Positions 12,201 through 26,300 of a stretch of DNA of 64,000 nucleotides are shown one piece after another. The notes under the pieces are model-generated. The model did no database searches. It was given only the letters and a program-made list of their open reading frames with translations, and was not told where the DNA came from. Position 1 is the stretch's first letter. The number at the start of each line of letters is the position of its first letter. The stretch is taken from contig CATNEN010000026.1 of assembly GCA_950097015.1 (NCBI GenBank), forward strand, positions 1,679,269 through 1,743,268, in the 5' to 3' direction. Made by a program: the position numbers and the translations under genes. This stretch comes from Macrostomum hystrix (lineage: Eukaryota > Animalia > Platyhelminthes).

Positions 12201-14505
12201 TCTTAAGTGTACTAGTTGGTGAGCTAGTGTACTAGTGGTGAGCTAGTGTACTAGTTGGTGAGCTAGTGTACTAGTTGGTGAGCTAGTGTACTAATTGGTG
12301 AGCTAGTTGATGAGCTAGTGTACTAGTTGATGAGTTAGTGTACTAGTTAATGAGCTAGTGTACTAGTTGATGAGCTAGTGTACTAATTGGTGAGCTAGTT
12401 GATGAGCTAGTGTACTAGTTGATGAGCTAGTGTACTAATTGGTGAGCTAGTTGATGAGCTAGTGTACTAGTTGATGAGCTAGTGTACTAGTTGAAGAGCT
12501 AGTGTACTAATTGGTGAGCTAGTTGATGAGTTAGTGTACTAGTTGATGAGCTAGTTGATGAGCTAGTGTACTAGTTGATGAGCTAGTTGATGAGCTAGTG
12601 TACTAGTTGGTGAGCTAGTGTACTAGTTGGTGAGCTAGTGTACTAGTTGGTGAGCTAGTGTACTAATTGGTGAGCTAGTGTACTAGTTAATGAGCTAGTG
12701 TACTAGTTGATGAGCTAGTGTACAAGTTGATGAGCTAGTGTACTAGTTGATGAGCTAGTGTACTAGTTGATGAGCTAGTGTACTAATTGGTGAGCTAGTG
12801 TACTAGTTGGTGAGCTAGTGTACTAATTGGTGAGCTAGTTGATGAGCTAGTGTACTAATTGGTGAGCTAGTGTACTAGTTGGTGAGCTAGTGTACTAATT
12901 GGTGAGCTAGTGTACTAGTTGATGAGCTAGTGTACTAGTTGATGAGCTAGTGTACTAATTGGTGAGCTAGTGTACTAGTTGATGAGCTAGTGTACTAATT
13001 GGTGAGCTAGTTAATGAGGTAGTGTACTAGTTGATGAGTTAGTGTACTAGTGTTTGTTTAGTACAATAAGAGATTCTTCCCACCTCTACAAAATTGCGAA
13101 TACCTGTTTTTATTTTACCTTCATACGTATTTAATAGCAGCTACTTTGTGACATCCATTCGATCAAGAATTCATGTTTACTGTTTTCTATGTTTTATTAA
13201 AAGTAACGGTTTTATAGTTGCGTTGTCGAAATTTTCTCGCTGGCTCAAGACTTCAACTTATTTTCTTTAACACTGGCTGATTTATGAAGGTCCGCTTTGA
13301 TTATATTAAAAATAGGTTTGCATTATCTTTTTCGCGTATTCTCTCATCTGTCCTTTACTGTCAATTTGTGCTGCCCCCCCAATGCTAAGTGATTCTTCTT
13401 CAACCTGCAGGCCATCAATAATTGACAGCTGCTTAGGTAGGTTTTTTAATCGCGTATATTACTGTTATTTTGATTCGTAGCGTTTGTTCAATTTAAATAA
13501 TTTGATCAATGCCTGCTAAAAACTGGATATGCATGTTATTCTGAATTGTTCTTAATATAATATTAGTTTAATAATATATACTGATATTTTTGCTCTGTTT
13601 ATTACTGCCAGTAGTGTACATGCATTTAGTCTTTGTACTCAAATTCGTATTAAGCTTCAAAGCATGAATTGTAATTATTGCGATTACATTTAATTTAAAA
13701 TTTTTATCTTGCCTTCTTTGATACACTGCCTTCCAAAGCAGAATTGTGTGTGTGTGTGGGGGGTGGGTGTCTTGCTGTTCCCAGTTTTTTATTTGCCGAT
13801 GCTTATTAAACAAATCCGCAGGTGGAAGTTTTCGATGGTCACCAGTGGCTGCCCGGCCCGCCAATGCAGCTAGCCAGATCCGGTTGCTGCTCCGTTGCCA
13901 TGGACGGCTTAGTCTACTGCCTGGGCGGCCGGAACGGCGCCGACTCGCTGCGCCAGGCCGAGATGCTGGATCCGCGCCTCGGTCGCTGGCAGCCGCTGCC
14001 ACCCATGCTGGCCTGGCGAAACGAGTGCACCGGCGCCGCCTACGCCGAACGGCTGTGGGCAGCCGGCGGAGCCGACAAGTGGGGCGGCCAGTGCCTCGCC
14101 AGCGTGGAGGCCTTTGATCCGCGGGCAGCGCGCTGGATTCCCGCCGCGCGCCAGCTCGGCCACGCCAGGCGGGGCGCCGCCATGGCTGAACTGGCTGGCA
14201 GACTCTGGCTAGTCGGCGGCTCCGACGGTCAGCGGCCAGCTCTGGCCGCCTGCGAGCCGTTGCCAGCGACGCCAATCATGATTGACAACGACGACGACTG
14301 CGGCTACGGACTGGGCGCTGCGGAGTCCGGCGTCGAGGCGACGACGCCGACGCTGCAGTTGGCTTCGCCTAGAGCCAATCTGGGACTGGCCGCGCTGCCG
14401 CCACTGACCAGCTTCGGGACGGCAGCCGCGTCGCCCTGCCTACTGGCTGTTGGTGGCTTCTCCGGCAAGGTGTTCCTAGATTGCTGCGAACTGTTGCACC
14501 TGTGA
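3285..14505 (+). CDS. IVNS1ABP: BTB-BACK-Kelch protein, IVNS1ABP (NS1-BP/KLHL39)-like; join 3285-3449, 4650-4947, 5226-5354, 5455-5693, 8926-9084, 11452-11688, 11721-12158, 13822-14505 (~782 aa)
   Basis: BTB motif DLQVSVSGRDFMTHRCILGAASPHF spans exons 1-2. Six kelch repeats follow (GGYNRGQCLSSAE, GGSNG, GGRNG, GGADKW, ARRGAAMAELAGRLWLVGGSDG, SPRANLG..AVGGFSGKVFL) in the same order and wording as the IVNS1ABP sequence as I recall it. All joins are GT-AG and phase-compatible; total 2349 nt. The 11689-11720 join is the least certain. Confidence 0.85.
4960..5176. repeat. Minisatellite, 44-bp unit, about 5 copies
   Basis: Unit atcaggttcctagactgtgccatcagcctctgtcactcacacac; fills most of intron 2 of the Kelch gene. 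Confidence 0.9.
5830..6040 (+). mobile_element. tRNA-derived SINE family A, 3'-truncated copy
   Basis: A-box (tggttagagcg) and B-box (ggttcgattccc), then the shared core cttagcaagacacttaactctgcattgcttcagttcacccagctg found in several other copies in the window. Confidence 0.85.
6688..8390. repeat. Minisatellite, 18-bp monomer organised as 36-bp and 72-bp higher-order repeats
   Basis: Monomers catctcatgcttctaaag / catctcacactcctcaag / catctcacactcctcaac / catctcgcactcctcaac. The long ORFs called here are repeat artefacts. Confidence 0.97.
9363..9640 (-). mobile_element. tRNA-derived SINE family B copy
   Basis: Reverse complement matches the 11068-11428 copy along its length, with an AT-rich tail at the left end. 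Confidence 0.85.
9705..9840 (+). mobile_element. SINE family B, 3' fragment
   Basis: gtgtgctcaggagtcagcggaatgggcagaattgcctcctcg...gtcaccaaatgatgtgccattg followed by an (att)n tail. Confidence 0.85.
9876..10180 (-). mobile_element. SINE family A, full-length copy (~300 bp)
   Basis: Reverse complement reads gtagccaagtggttagggcg (A-box), ggttcgattcc (B-box), the shared core, and a 3' end gcaggtgtaatcaattattaat. Confidence 0.88.
11068..11428 (+). mobile_element. SINE family B, near full-length copy
   Basis: tRNA-like head (ttaacgcgtttgcctct..ccaaggtccct..gttcgattcc), conserved body and (att)n tail. Ends about 23 nt before the exon 6 acceptor. Confidence 0.88.
12204..13050. repeat. Minisatellite, 20-bp unit with occasional 11-bp subunit
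   Basis: Unit gagctagtgtactagttg(g/a)t, quasi-palindromic (ctagtgtactag). Confidence 0.96.
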
Positions 14506-17348
14506 TTTTCGGGGTTGACTTCGGCTGTGTGCAGATTTATCGATGAAAAAAATACTTTTTGGTTGCGTTTTTTATAATAGGCGACGATGACGTGGTGAAT
14601 CAGTTGGACGAAATCCTGTCCAAGGACTACTAAACAATGTCCTTAGAGTCCTTAAAGTCCTTAGAGTGTTTAGTTGTCCTTGATCCCGTCTGCAGTCTCC
14701 TCTCCTAGCCCAGTTGGGCCCAGGTGGTACCGTGCATCAGTTATGATGATTTAGTGCTATCTTGAGCGCCGGATTCGAACTCGTAACCCTGGAAAGTTAT
14801 AAAATTTAAGAGACAGCCGAAAAAAACTCTAAAGCTTGAAGTTGGAAATTTCCAAAGCTTGCTCGGAATCAAATGGTGGCTTTAATGAGTGGCTGCAGTG
14901 ATTGATGTTCTCTGACTTACAGTACATCAAATTAACATCAATTTATTATGAAGCCAGTTTGCTCTAAGAAACTCAACCCATATGCAAACAGATCTGTAAT
15001 CTCCAACACTGCACTGTAGAATAACAAAATTACTAGAAATGCTGTTTTAAGCACAATGTAGTTAGAATCTGTTTAGGCTCTGATAATGCGGATTTTCTTA
15101 TTAATCTTAACTGTTTATATTTTCAGTCCAGGATCCTGTACTTTACTAAATTCATGTACTTGTGAATTATCGCAGTGACTCAGAGATTTCGTAACCATTT
15201 TTTCCATTTTTCTACTATGTCTCAGTGTTTTCAAATTTCGTAACGAATATTCGCTTTTTGAAATGTGATTTTTGTACTACTTATAGTAGAACACTATTTT
15301 ACGATTTTTTATATCATAAAGTACATACAAAGTATTTCAAATAGTATAATCGACTTTTTTAAGAATTATCCAAAGTATGTCCCTCTCAAATTAGCTAAGG
15401 CTGCATAAGTTCTCTTTGACACATTTACAGCTTAACCACACCCCTAGATTCATATTCATACCTATTTAGTTTTCTATAGAGTTACATTGACAGTTTTATT
15501 GATGTTTTCCATGATTTACTTCATTTAGATCGCCTTCAACTTATTTTTGACTGATTTTTAACGGAAATTTCGTTTAATTACAAATGTCACACAATATTTT
15601 TTTATCTCACCTTATATCCGCCATTTTAATTCCTGTCGATTTCATTCTAGAATCTTATTTCCTTATGTTTAAGACTTGTGGTCGCCCTAAATATCTATCT
15701 GTTTGGCCCATGAGTAGTGTGCAATAACAATTCACTTTGAAGCCGACATCCTTTAATTTGCTGCGAGAACCAATTTCTCATTTTTTCGGCAATAAGAACA
15801 CTTTAGTTATCTAATTCGTATATTCATCTAGAATAGAAATATATACTCGTTTAGATGAATATTTAGATTAGATTTAGATTTAGATTTAGAAACAATAACA
15901 AGAGAGGAATTCGGCTTATTATTGAACTGGACAATTTTACCACTTCACTTTGCTGAGGTGATTAAATTTTCTTTACCGCTTGGTTTTGAAAAAAATTTAT
16001 CAGATCGATTTGTGCATTTTCCTATAATCTTTTACGCCGATTCTCGTGAATCTTTTTGGTCAGATTGTCAGCTTTAAATAGCACTTAACTTGTGTTACAT
16101 GGTCTCCACCAAAACACGTTTTGTAAACCCGAAACTTTTCTAACATTGCACCTTTCTAATATGGAATTATCATGTCTGTCTCTTTTACCAGTTAATTATT
16201 CTACTTAAACGAATTCACGTTCTTATATTAGAAATTTTTAGTTCTCATAATAGAAATAAAAATTGCTTGTGAATCTATGATGTTAACGACTACTCTAAAC
16301 AGCATAGATCTTTAAAGGTATTGCCTATGACTTTATGTAAAAAGCTTATTCAATTTCGTAGTAGCTTACTCTTAAAGCTTTACAAGAATTAAGCTTTACA
16401 AGAATTAAGCTTTACTCTTGTTTTCTTTTTCAGATCTACAAACATCGTTAACATCTCGTCGATATGCAAATATTGTACAGTACAAGCACATGTGAACATG
16501 TATGTTTCTACAGCGAAAACTGCAGTAGCACTACATGCGTAGCAATTTACTACAGACAGCAACTTGCATACCTTTAGATGCTTGAAATGAATCGGATTGG
16601 AAAGAACTGGGGATATAAAAATATAAGAAAATATAACCTCAATAAAAAACGTAATTTTATGAATTCATTTTATTGCTTTTTTATAGCAAATTGCTTTTAT
16701 ATCCGCATGATGCAAAGCCTAAAACTTTATGACAAACTTTTATAGTGCACACTTATACATACGTACGATATGGCGCTGCTAGGGTATGCCAGGGTATGCG
16801 GCTGCCGCCTTTAAAGAGCTCAAAATTATCTGACACCGCACAGTTTTAAGCTTTCCTTTGATCCCTAAGGTATTGCCCTGCCCTGTATAACTTTCATTTG
16901 ACATACTCAATAGGTGATCTCAGTAACGACATTTTTTAGGTTACGTAGGTAAAACAATGTTTAAGAGCGACGTTTTAACTGTTTTCGATCAATAGAACTA
17001 ATAGATAACCCGTATAACTTACATTTTACAGTAATTATTTTATATGGAAATTACAACACTTTAAGGTAGATATAATGAGGTTTTTAAACACTTAAGCTGC
17101 TACTATTCGACATACTAGGACGTAAATTTAGTTTTCGCTTGAATTTAATTTATTTACTTGTCCAGTGATATCTACGAACTAAACTGACTTCTAGGCCCGA
17201 GTGAGTTATAGGAGTAGTAGTTCTGTGTATAAGTTTAGTTTTTTTGTTGCCTATTCTGGTTTTTAGGTACTCGCCAAGAAGAGTATTTTCAGCTTAAACC
17301 GTCCTTAGTCCTTAGCTGCTTGTTATAAGTCGGTTTTGACTCGTTTCA

Positions 17349-20300
17349 ATGGCTGGTTTTGTAAATATGCAGACGATTAACTCAACCGACAGAATTTCCT
17401 CACATTTACTTGATCATGACGAATTAAATGATACGACCCAGTATTCTTCCTTTGAAGAAACTGGGAATGGAAATGCTGGACAGAGAAGCGACTCTGTTGA
17501 CAGAGCAAGTAAACTAAATGCGAAACCATGGTATGAAAGGTAAGGTGCAAAAATATGGGTTATAGTATTATATTTTTTATGGCTTGTTTCTTTTGCTTGG
17601 CCTATGTTAGTCCTATGTACAATTTTAACTTTACAATTGTAACTTTACAGTTACAGTTGACTTTACTTAACTTTACTTTACTTTACTTAACTTTACAGTT
17701 GCTGGTTAGGTAGCTATATTAATAATTTTTCTGTGGAAATTGTGTTCTTCAATATTTCTAAAGTCTGTAAATATAGGGGGCAGGACAATTCAGTAACAGT
17801 CAATTTGGTATGGGACAGTTCAGTAACAAGAAAGGAACTTTTGGGGCATATATTTGGTTTCCTACTTTAATTTATACAGTGTTTTGAGTTTAATGCACCC
17901 TTTTTACCTATCAATAGAACCCTAACAACACAGAAGCCAAAAATATGATGAAAGCCATGTGGGCCCTCTGCAAGTTAAATTTCTGCTAGCATATAACCAA
18001 CAACACCCTTTTTAGGCCTAGAGTAAATTTGAAGTATGCCCACATAAAGGTCAACTTTATGTTGGCTTAAGTAAAACTTTATGTCAACTTAAACATCTTT
18101 ACCCAAATCCAAATGGTTGCTCTATCTGTTACGTGTTACATATTGTAAGCCAAATATCAATATGTTTGTGGTCTTAAAAATTAAATAAACAAAATGTTAT
18201 TAGGCCTATCATTGCCAAAATAAAATCTGGAAATAAAAAGAATGAGAAACTAAGTTGTTATGAACTTATAGGCCTATATATATATTTAATAATAGATATT
18301 TGGGACCTATTATATAGCAATAGAAATGATATATTAGGTCAATTAGCCATTCATGGAAGCCATTCAGCTGAAGGATAGAATTCAGAGAAAAATGGCAAGT
18401 GCCAAAATACTTGCATCAAAAAACTGTAAATATTGCAATATTGGCCTTTATATACACAAATATTTTTGGCATTTATAAAGCATAATTAACAGAGTACTAA
18501 ATACAAAAAATAGAGCCTGACTAGGATGCCAAAAATATAGTTTAGCTGGATCAGTTTCAAAATGTTGGGACTTAGGATTAGTAGGGATTGGGATATAATA
18601 GGTATTTCATTACACAAGAGTAGTTTTCTATATATAGGCAAGACTAGTTTTAATCTAAAAAATATGACCAATGAAATCTTTATCTAATATAATTTCTAGA
18701 GTTTAAAAGAATTAAAGTGATTTTATACAATAAATTTAGACTGAAAAATATGAAGATCAAGTTAACAGAAACAAAGCTATAAAATATCCAATCAAGCACA
18801 AAAACATTTTAGCTGTTTCCAATCAATTACAATATATTTTTATATGGAAAAATATAATTCTAGACCATACAAATTATCAAATTGGATAGAAAATCATAAA
18901 AGTTCTAAATCTGCTAATATTATTAACATCTAGAAATTTCTTGCCATATCCAAAATATGGTAATGCTTATTCACATCTTTAAACCTCACATTTTCAGATG
19001 GGCCATTTTGTCATGTGGCCCAAGCACAAGCATCAAAATGCCCAGCAACTATCAATAATTTTTGTCCTCCAAATTCCCTATGAGTATAAGAAAATGAAAC
19101 AAAAATTTTATTACCCCCAAAAAATTGTTACTATTTGTTTTTAGATTTTACAGACACAGAATATATGCCAAAACCTTACTTAGCTCCTAACCATTGTAAT
19201 ATATAGTTATGTAATTTGCTAGAAATTTGTTTTTGTGTTATTGCTAAATAGCTTAAAAAATCTGTGAAGCAATTAGTAAAAATCAAGAATGAAAAAGAAT
19301 TTATTACATTCTAAACATCAGGTATCATACATGCGCAACCTCCCAAATCTTAGCTGGCCATGCAACTTAGTTTTTGCTCTACTTACAACTTAGTTTGCTC
19401 TCATTTGCTCTATTTTTCTCTCCCCTCTTTCCTTTTCTTCACGCCTTCCTTTTTTGTCCCTTGGTCCCCCCTTTGATTTTTTTGCGCTTGGTCGATTGGT
19501 TTTTGCAACTTACCTTGCTTGGCCCTCGTTTCACCCGGCTGGTTCGGCCGGGTGGCCGGGTGTTGCGCATGTATGTCAGGTATTCTAATTTTCTCACATA
19601 ATAGCAGTGCTTTTAAACTTTAAGGCAATCTAAAATTAGAGTTTAAATTTGTTTAATCCCACCCGACTTTGCCCAACTCTAAGACCTAAGACCTAAAAGT
19701 GCTATCGATCATTTTATTTTTTCCTATTGTTTTTATGCAGTTAAGACTTGTTACTACTTAGCTCTTTTATTCTTCAAAAGCCTTAGAAAAGTTTTTGTTA
19801 TGAAAAACTTACAGCCCCCTCTTTTTGCCAAATCCAATAGGTGCTGGGCAAATTGCTGTGCCTGTGTCAGTCGCAAACAGCAGTATGTGCCTCGCGTGGT
19901 CCGCATTAGGTGTACCAGATCGCAAGTCGCAGTATCCAACTAATGTGATTCGCAATCAGAAATACTCCGTTTTCACCTTTCTACCGTTGGTGCTATTTGA
20001 GCAGTTTAGAAACTTTCTCAACTTCTGCTTTCTGGTGATGGCTCTGTCCCAGTTTGTGCCGCAACTGCGGATTGGCTATTTGTACACGTACTGGGGACCA
20101 TTGGCTTTCGTTGTCTCAGTTACTATGGTGCGCGAAGCTGTCGACGATATTCGACGCTGGATGCGCGATCGCGAATTAAATGGCACCGCGTATGAGCGAC
20201 TCAGCCGGGCCGGAAATCAAACTGTGCCCTAGCAGTGCGCTTCGGGTACGTTCTTGGTAGAGATGCTAATTTAAATTAATTTTGAAAACTTGCCTATTTA

Positions 20301-23300
20301 ATGCGCGTGTTTTAATTTTTCTGTTTGTGTATGTGTGTTAAGGTATTTTTTATGACTTTCCATTTTTAAAGTACAATTTCCGGGTTTGTTATGCCTTTTA
20401 TGTAAAACGTCATTAAAAGAGATTACAATTTTTTCCGTCCTGCTTGACCCACGTTTATGCACATTCTGGCTATAAAATTTCTACTTTCTTCTACTTGTAT
20501 CTATCCGGGACACTCTAGTAAGGAATCTTAACAAAAGGTATTTTAAATAACCTAGAAATAACATTAGTTAACCTAAAAATGACAGGCACCAACCTAGGAT
20601 AGATGAAACAGTAATTTGGAATGTAATAGTAATTTCATTCTTACAATTGCTTGCATGTCGCGTTTTAATAAAACACTAATAATTGATTACACCTGCCATA
20701 GAACAGACGCAGCTATTGCGCGGCGCACCTGAAGACTGCGTATTGCTATTCAGTCCATGGACTGGGAGGGGCGCCACACATCATCCTTCAATTAGCTAAA
20801 GCCAATGCTGGTACACATTTAATAGCTTTCTAAAAGTTTGCTAATTGTTCCAGTGCATTCGTGAAGCTTCGTCAGTCTGACGCGCTTTCTACTAGGCTAA
20901 ACACCCGCTGTATTCTCTTGTGCTACTTACTAGCAGTAGTACGAGCGTATAAATCGTGCAATCACAAAGAGTCGCGCTAATTTGGCCTATTGCACGCGCC
21001 TCTTATCCTAGGTTGGCGACGTGGTTCGCGTCCTAAAGAATCAACGCGTCCCAGCCGACCTGGTGCTGTTGCGCACCTCCGAGCGTCAGGGCACCTGCTA
21101 CTTGCGCACCGATCAACTGGACGGCGAAACCGACTGGAAGCTGCGATTGGCTCCGCCTGTCACACAGGCTCTGGACCGGGACGAAGATCTGTTGGACATT
21201 GGCGGCAGCGTCTACGCCGAACGGCCTGGCCAGGATATTCACGGCTTTATTGGCACTATGACGGTTGCTAGGCAACCAGAGCAGCAGCAACAGATGGCAC
21301 TGTCTGTGGAGAATACAGCCTGGGCTAATACTGTAGTAGCCTCTGGTTGGGCTCTTGGCCTTGTAGTCTATACTGGAACAGAGACACGAGCCGTGATGAA
21401 CAATTCCAAGCCTAGGAGCAAGTTTGGTTTAACCGACGCCGAGATTAATAATGTCACTAAAGTGCTGGTGGCTTGCGTACTTCTGCTGTCTTTATTACTG
21501 CTGGCGCTGAAAGGATTCGGCGGCCAGTGGTACAAGTACTTCTGGCGGTTCTTTCTACTCTTCTCCTATATTGTACCGCTGGCGTGAGTGCCTCTGAAAA
21601 ATTTAGTTTTTGTCGCACCTATGATAATGATTTGTTTAGTCCCTAAATCACGGTCATTTTTAGCTAGTCATGAGCCCCATCCACGGTCATTACATCAGCT
21701 AGTCATGAGCCCCATGCACCGTCATTACTTCAGCTAGTCATGAGCCCCATGCACCGTCATTACATCAGCTAGTCATGAGCCCCATGCACCGTCATTACAT
21801 CAGCTAGTCATGAGCCCCATGCACCATCATTACTTCAGCTAGTCATGAGCCCCATGCACCGTCATTACTTCAGCTAGTCATGAGCCCCATGCACCGTCAT
21901 TACTTCAGCTAGTCATGAGCCCCATGCACCATCATTACTTCAGCTAGTCATGAGCCCCATGCACCATCATTACTTCAGCTAGTCATGAGCCCCATGCACC
22001 ATCATTACTTCAGCTAGTCATGAGCCCCATGCACCATCATTACTTCAGCTAGTCATGAGCCCCATGCACCATCATTACTTCAGCTAGTCATGAGCCCCAT
22101 GCACCGTCATTACTTCAGCTAGTCATGAGCCCCATGCACCGTCATTACTTCAGCTAGTCATGAGCCCCATGCACCGTCATTACTTCAGCTAGTCATGAGC
22201 CACATCCACGGTCATTGCCTCAGCTAGTCATGAGCCACATCCACCGTCATTACTTCAGCTAGTCATGAGCCCCATCCACGGTCATTACATCAGCTAGTCA
22301 TGAGCCCCATCCACGGTCATTACATCAGCTAGTCATGAGCCCCATCCACGGTCATTACATCAGCTAGTCATGAGACCCATCCACCGTCATTACTTCAGCT
22401 AGTCATGAGCCCCATGCACCGTCATTACTTCAGCTAGTCATGAGCCCCATGCACCGTCATTACCTCAGCTAGTCATGAGCCCCATGCACCGTCATTACTT
22501 CAGCTAGTCATGAGCCCCATCCACGGTCATTACATCAGCTAGTCATGAGCCCCATCCACGGTCATTACATCAGCTAGTCATGAGCCCCATGCACCGTCAT
22601 TACTTAAACTATATTTTTTATAAATATTATATTTTTAAGTGACTGAAAGTGTATTCCATAAAATTTTTTCTAGACTTCGTGTCAACCTGGATGTAGGCCA
22701 AAATCACCTATTCATTCTTTATCATGCGAGACAAGAAGCTGGAAGGTAACATTGTGCGCAACACCACCATACCGGAGGAACTGGGCCGCATCAGCTACCT
22801 GCTCAGCGATAAGACTGGCACACTCACTGAAAATGAGATGGTGAGCAGTGATTTCATTCGTTGGTCGCCGCGTTAAAGGTTTAAAGGATTAGTTTTGTCT
22901 GAGGAATGTCTGGAATGAAGGATTAGTTAGTTAAGCCTGATAGGACTGCAAATGGCATATTGCGACCAGTGGCCGCATCAACAAAATTGCGCAATTCTCC
23001 AGGTGTTCAAGAAGCTCCACCTGGGCTCCACTGTCTACACTGACGAGCCAGACTCTCAAGACGAAGTGCGCGCCCTAATACAAGCCGGGATGTCCGGCAG
23101 TGGCGCGGCAACTGGCGGAGCTGTCACAGATTCTGTGACCCGCCAGGGTGCCGATTTAGCCTGCCGCACTGTGGACGCTGTCCGGGCGGTGGCGCTGTGC
23201 CACAATGTCACGCCAGTGTACGAGGACGGCACCGGTACTGGCCCGGCCTATCAGGCCAGCAGTCCGGACGAGGTGGCCTTGGTGGCCTGGACTGCTAGCG

Positions 23301-26300
23301 TTGGCCTTACTCTGGTTCACCGCGACCAGTCTAGCATGCGGATACTGCAGACTCAATCGGGTGTTGAGCACACTTACACTGTACTGCACCTGTTTCCATT
23401 CAGCTCCGAGTCTAAGCGGATGGGCATTATAGTGCGCGACGATGCCTCAGGCGAGATCGCTTTCTACGCCAAAGGCGCAGACACCGTCATAGGTTCCGTT
23501 GTGCAGCCAGTCGACTGGCTGGAAGAGGAAGTCGGCAATCTGGCCAGGGAGGGCCTGCGCACCCTGCTGGTTGCTAGGCGACGGCTAAAACGCGATTTCT
23601 TTGAAGACTGGAGTAGGAGGTGAAAATTGATTATTCTATCATTCACATAACTAAGCAGTGTCTCTCAGATATTACCCCAAGAAAAATCCGCATAATATCT
23701 CCCAGATCCCAAAAGGCAAGAACTGCATAATCTCTCCCAGATCCCAAAAGTTAAAAACTGCATAATATCTCCCTGATCCCAAAAGGCAAGAACTGCATAA
23801 TCTCTCCCAGATCCCAAAAGGCAAGAACTGCATAATCTCTCCCTGATCCCAAAAGGCAAGAACTGCATAATCTCTCCCAGATCCCAAAAGGCAAGAACTG
23901 CATAATCTCTCCCACATCCACAAGTTAAATAGTTCACAATGTCCCCCAGATTCCTAAGGTAAAGACTCAACAATGTCTCCTATATCCTGAAGTTTAGTCT
24001 GATGCATAGATGCTGAAACTCAAATCGACCAGATACGAGCAAGCCCGTCTGGCAGTTGAGAATCGAGCGGAGCGAATGCTGCAACTTCAACAACAGCTCG
24101 ACAGCGGCCTAGAGTTGCTCTGCATCACCGGCGTTGAAGATCGTCTGCAGGCTGGCGTTCGGCCGGCTCTAGAAACCCTGCGCAATGCCGGCGTTCGCGT
24201 CTGGATGCTCACCGGTGACAAGATGGAGACTGCCTGCTGCATCGCTAAGTCGTCCAGGCTGGTGGAACGCTCCGGCGGTCTGTACGCCTTCCAGCCGGCC
24301 TCGCTGCGCAGCGCCGACTTGGATAGGGAGCTGAGGAACATGGCCCGCAGAGTGGAAGCCGGTCACAGTGTAGTCATCAGTGGCGAATGTTTGCAGGTTA
24401 GGCTGATGATATACCATTTTCACTCGTTGAGTTCTGACGTAAAAGGACGAAAGCCGTAGACAGCTGCTTTGTTTTTTTTAACCAATTTGGGCAAATTTTC
24501 ACTAGATTTCTCCATCGAACAAAGGGGTTTGTACATAGACCATCATGAGCAATGAGCATTCTTATCATTTTTTACCGCCATATATACAGTGTCACGTTTC
24601 AAAATGTGTTTTGAAAGTCATTATTTCTGGTTCAGTAGAACATTGTTTCCTAATTTCAAATCCTGTTTCAGTTTGAGTTGTGTTTTAAAGGGTTTTCTTG
24701 TGAAAATTTGCTCAAATTTACTGAAAGACAAAGCAACTGCCTATAGTCAGCCTTAGATTCTCGTCCATTGTGCAAATTTGTTGTTTTTGTTTTAGCAATA
24801 CCTTTTTATCTATGGTCTAACCCTATTCACTGATGTATTTTTTGCGACTGTATGAATTTTGAGAAAGCTCCTCGTTCATTAATTTTAATTGGCTATTCAA
24901 TTTCGAAAGACGCACCGCATTTTGTTACTGCTACTAATAAGTAGTCTGTTTAGGAAAATGGTAATTATTTTTACTAACTTCAAATTCAAACTTTAGGCCG
25001 CCGTAGAGCAGGACGAGCGCAGATTCATTCAGCTGGCCTGCCAAGCTCCGGCTGTTGTTGTCTGCCGCTGTTCGCCAACCCAGAAGGCTGAAGTTGTACG
25101 CCTATTGAAAGATCACACTGGTAAGCGTTGCGCCGCTGTCGGCGACGGTGGCAACGATGTGGCCATGATTCAGGAGGCCGACTGCGGCATGGGCATCGTC
25201 GGCAAGGAGGGCCGACAGGCGTCACTGGCAGCTGATTTCAGCATTCCAAAGTTTCAACACGTGACTAGGCTGATGCTGGTACGCTCCTAAGCAAATTATT
25301 CGTCGCTTAAATCGTTTATTTTTTAATCGTTACTCTTTCAAAAAATTAACGCATTAAAAGTAACTATTTTGATAATCGATTTCGTAAATTTCAGGTGCAC
25401 GGCCGCAGGTGCTACAAGAACACATCGGTGCTGGCCCAGTTCATTGTGCACCGCGGCCTCATTATCTCTACAATGCAGGCCGCATTTTCTGCCATGTTCT
25501 TCTACGTGGCTATCAGCCTATTTCCTGGAATCCTGATGATTGGCTACGCCACCGTGTTCACAATGTTTCCCGTATTCTCTCTGGTGCTAGACAAAGATGT
25601 GGCCAGCGCAACAGCTGAGAAATTCCCGGAGCTTTATCGAGGCTTATTGAAGGGCCGAGAATTATCGGCTAAAGTGCTGTGCATCTGGGTGGCCATATCG
25701 ATTTATCAGGGCAGCGTCATCATGTACGGCTCAATCTGGCTGTTCCAGGGCTCGTTTCTGCACATTGTGAGCATCGGTTTCACAGCCCTAGTATTCACTG
25801 AGCTGATCATGGTGGCTCTAACTGTGCGCACCTGGTGCTGGCAGATTGCTGTCGCTGAACTGCTCAGCCTCGCCTGCTATTTAGCTGCCGTGTTCATCTT
25901 GACTGACTATTTCGGTGAGCTGGAAGATAAGAGACTAAGACTAAATTACGGGGGTTAGTTGCCTCTCGCACCAACGTCCCAAGCTCGATTCCGTGACTAG
26001 GCCACATTAAATTGGGCTTTAGCGGCTTGTCGTTCAATTTACGCCCTTGAGTGCCAACCTCGAAGGCACAGTGAGAGTGTACACTGCCTGAAGATGAGAA
26101 AGTCAGGAGCAGATGTACACACATGGGTGCGTGTGTGCTCGGGAGTCAGTGGAATGGGCAGAATTGCCTCCTCGCTGGCTGCGGGTCTAGTGTCACCTGA
26201 TGATGTGCCATCGCCCTCCTGCAATTGTTAATATTATTATTAAGACTCCTGTACAGATAGAAATGGTTACTTTCGCTGTTTACCAAACAAAGACCCTTAC

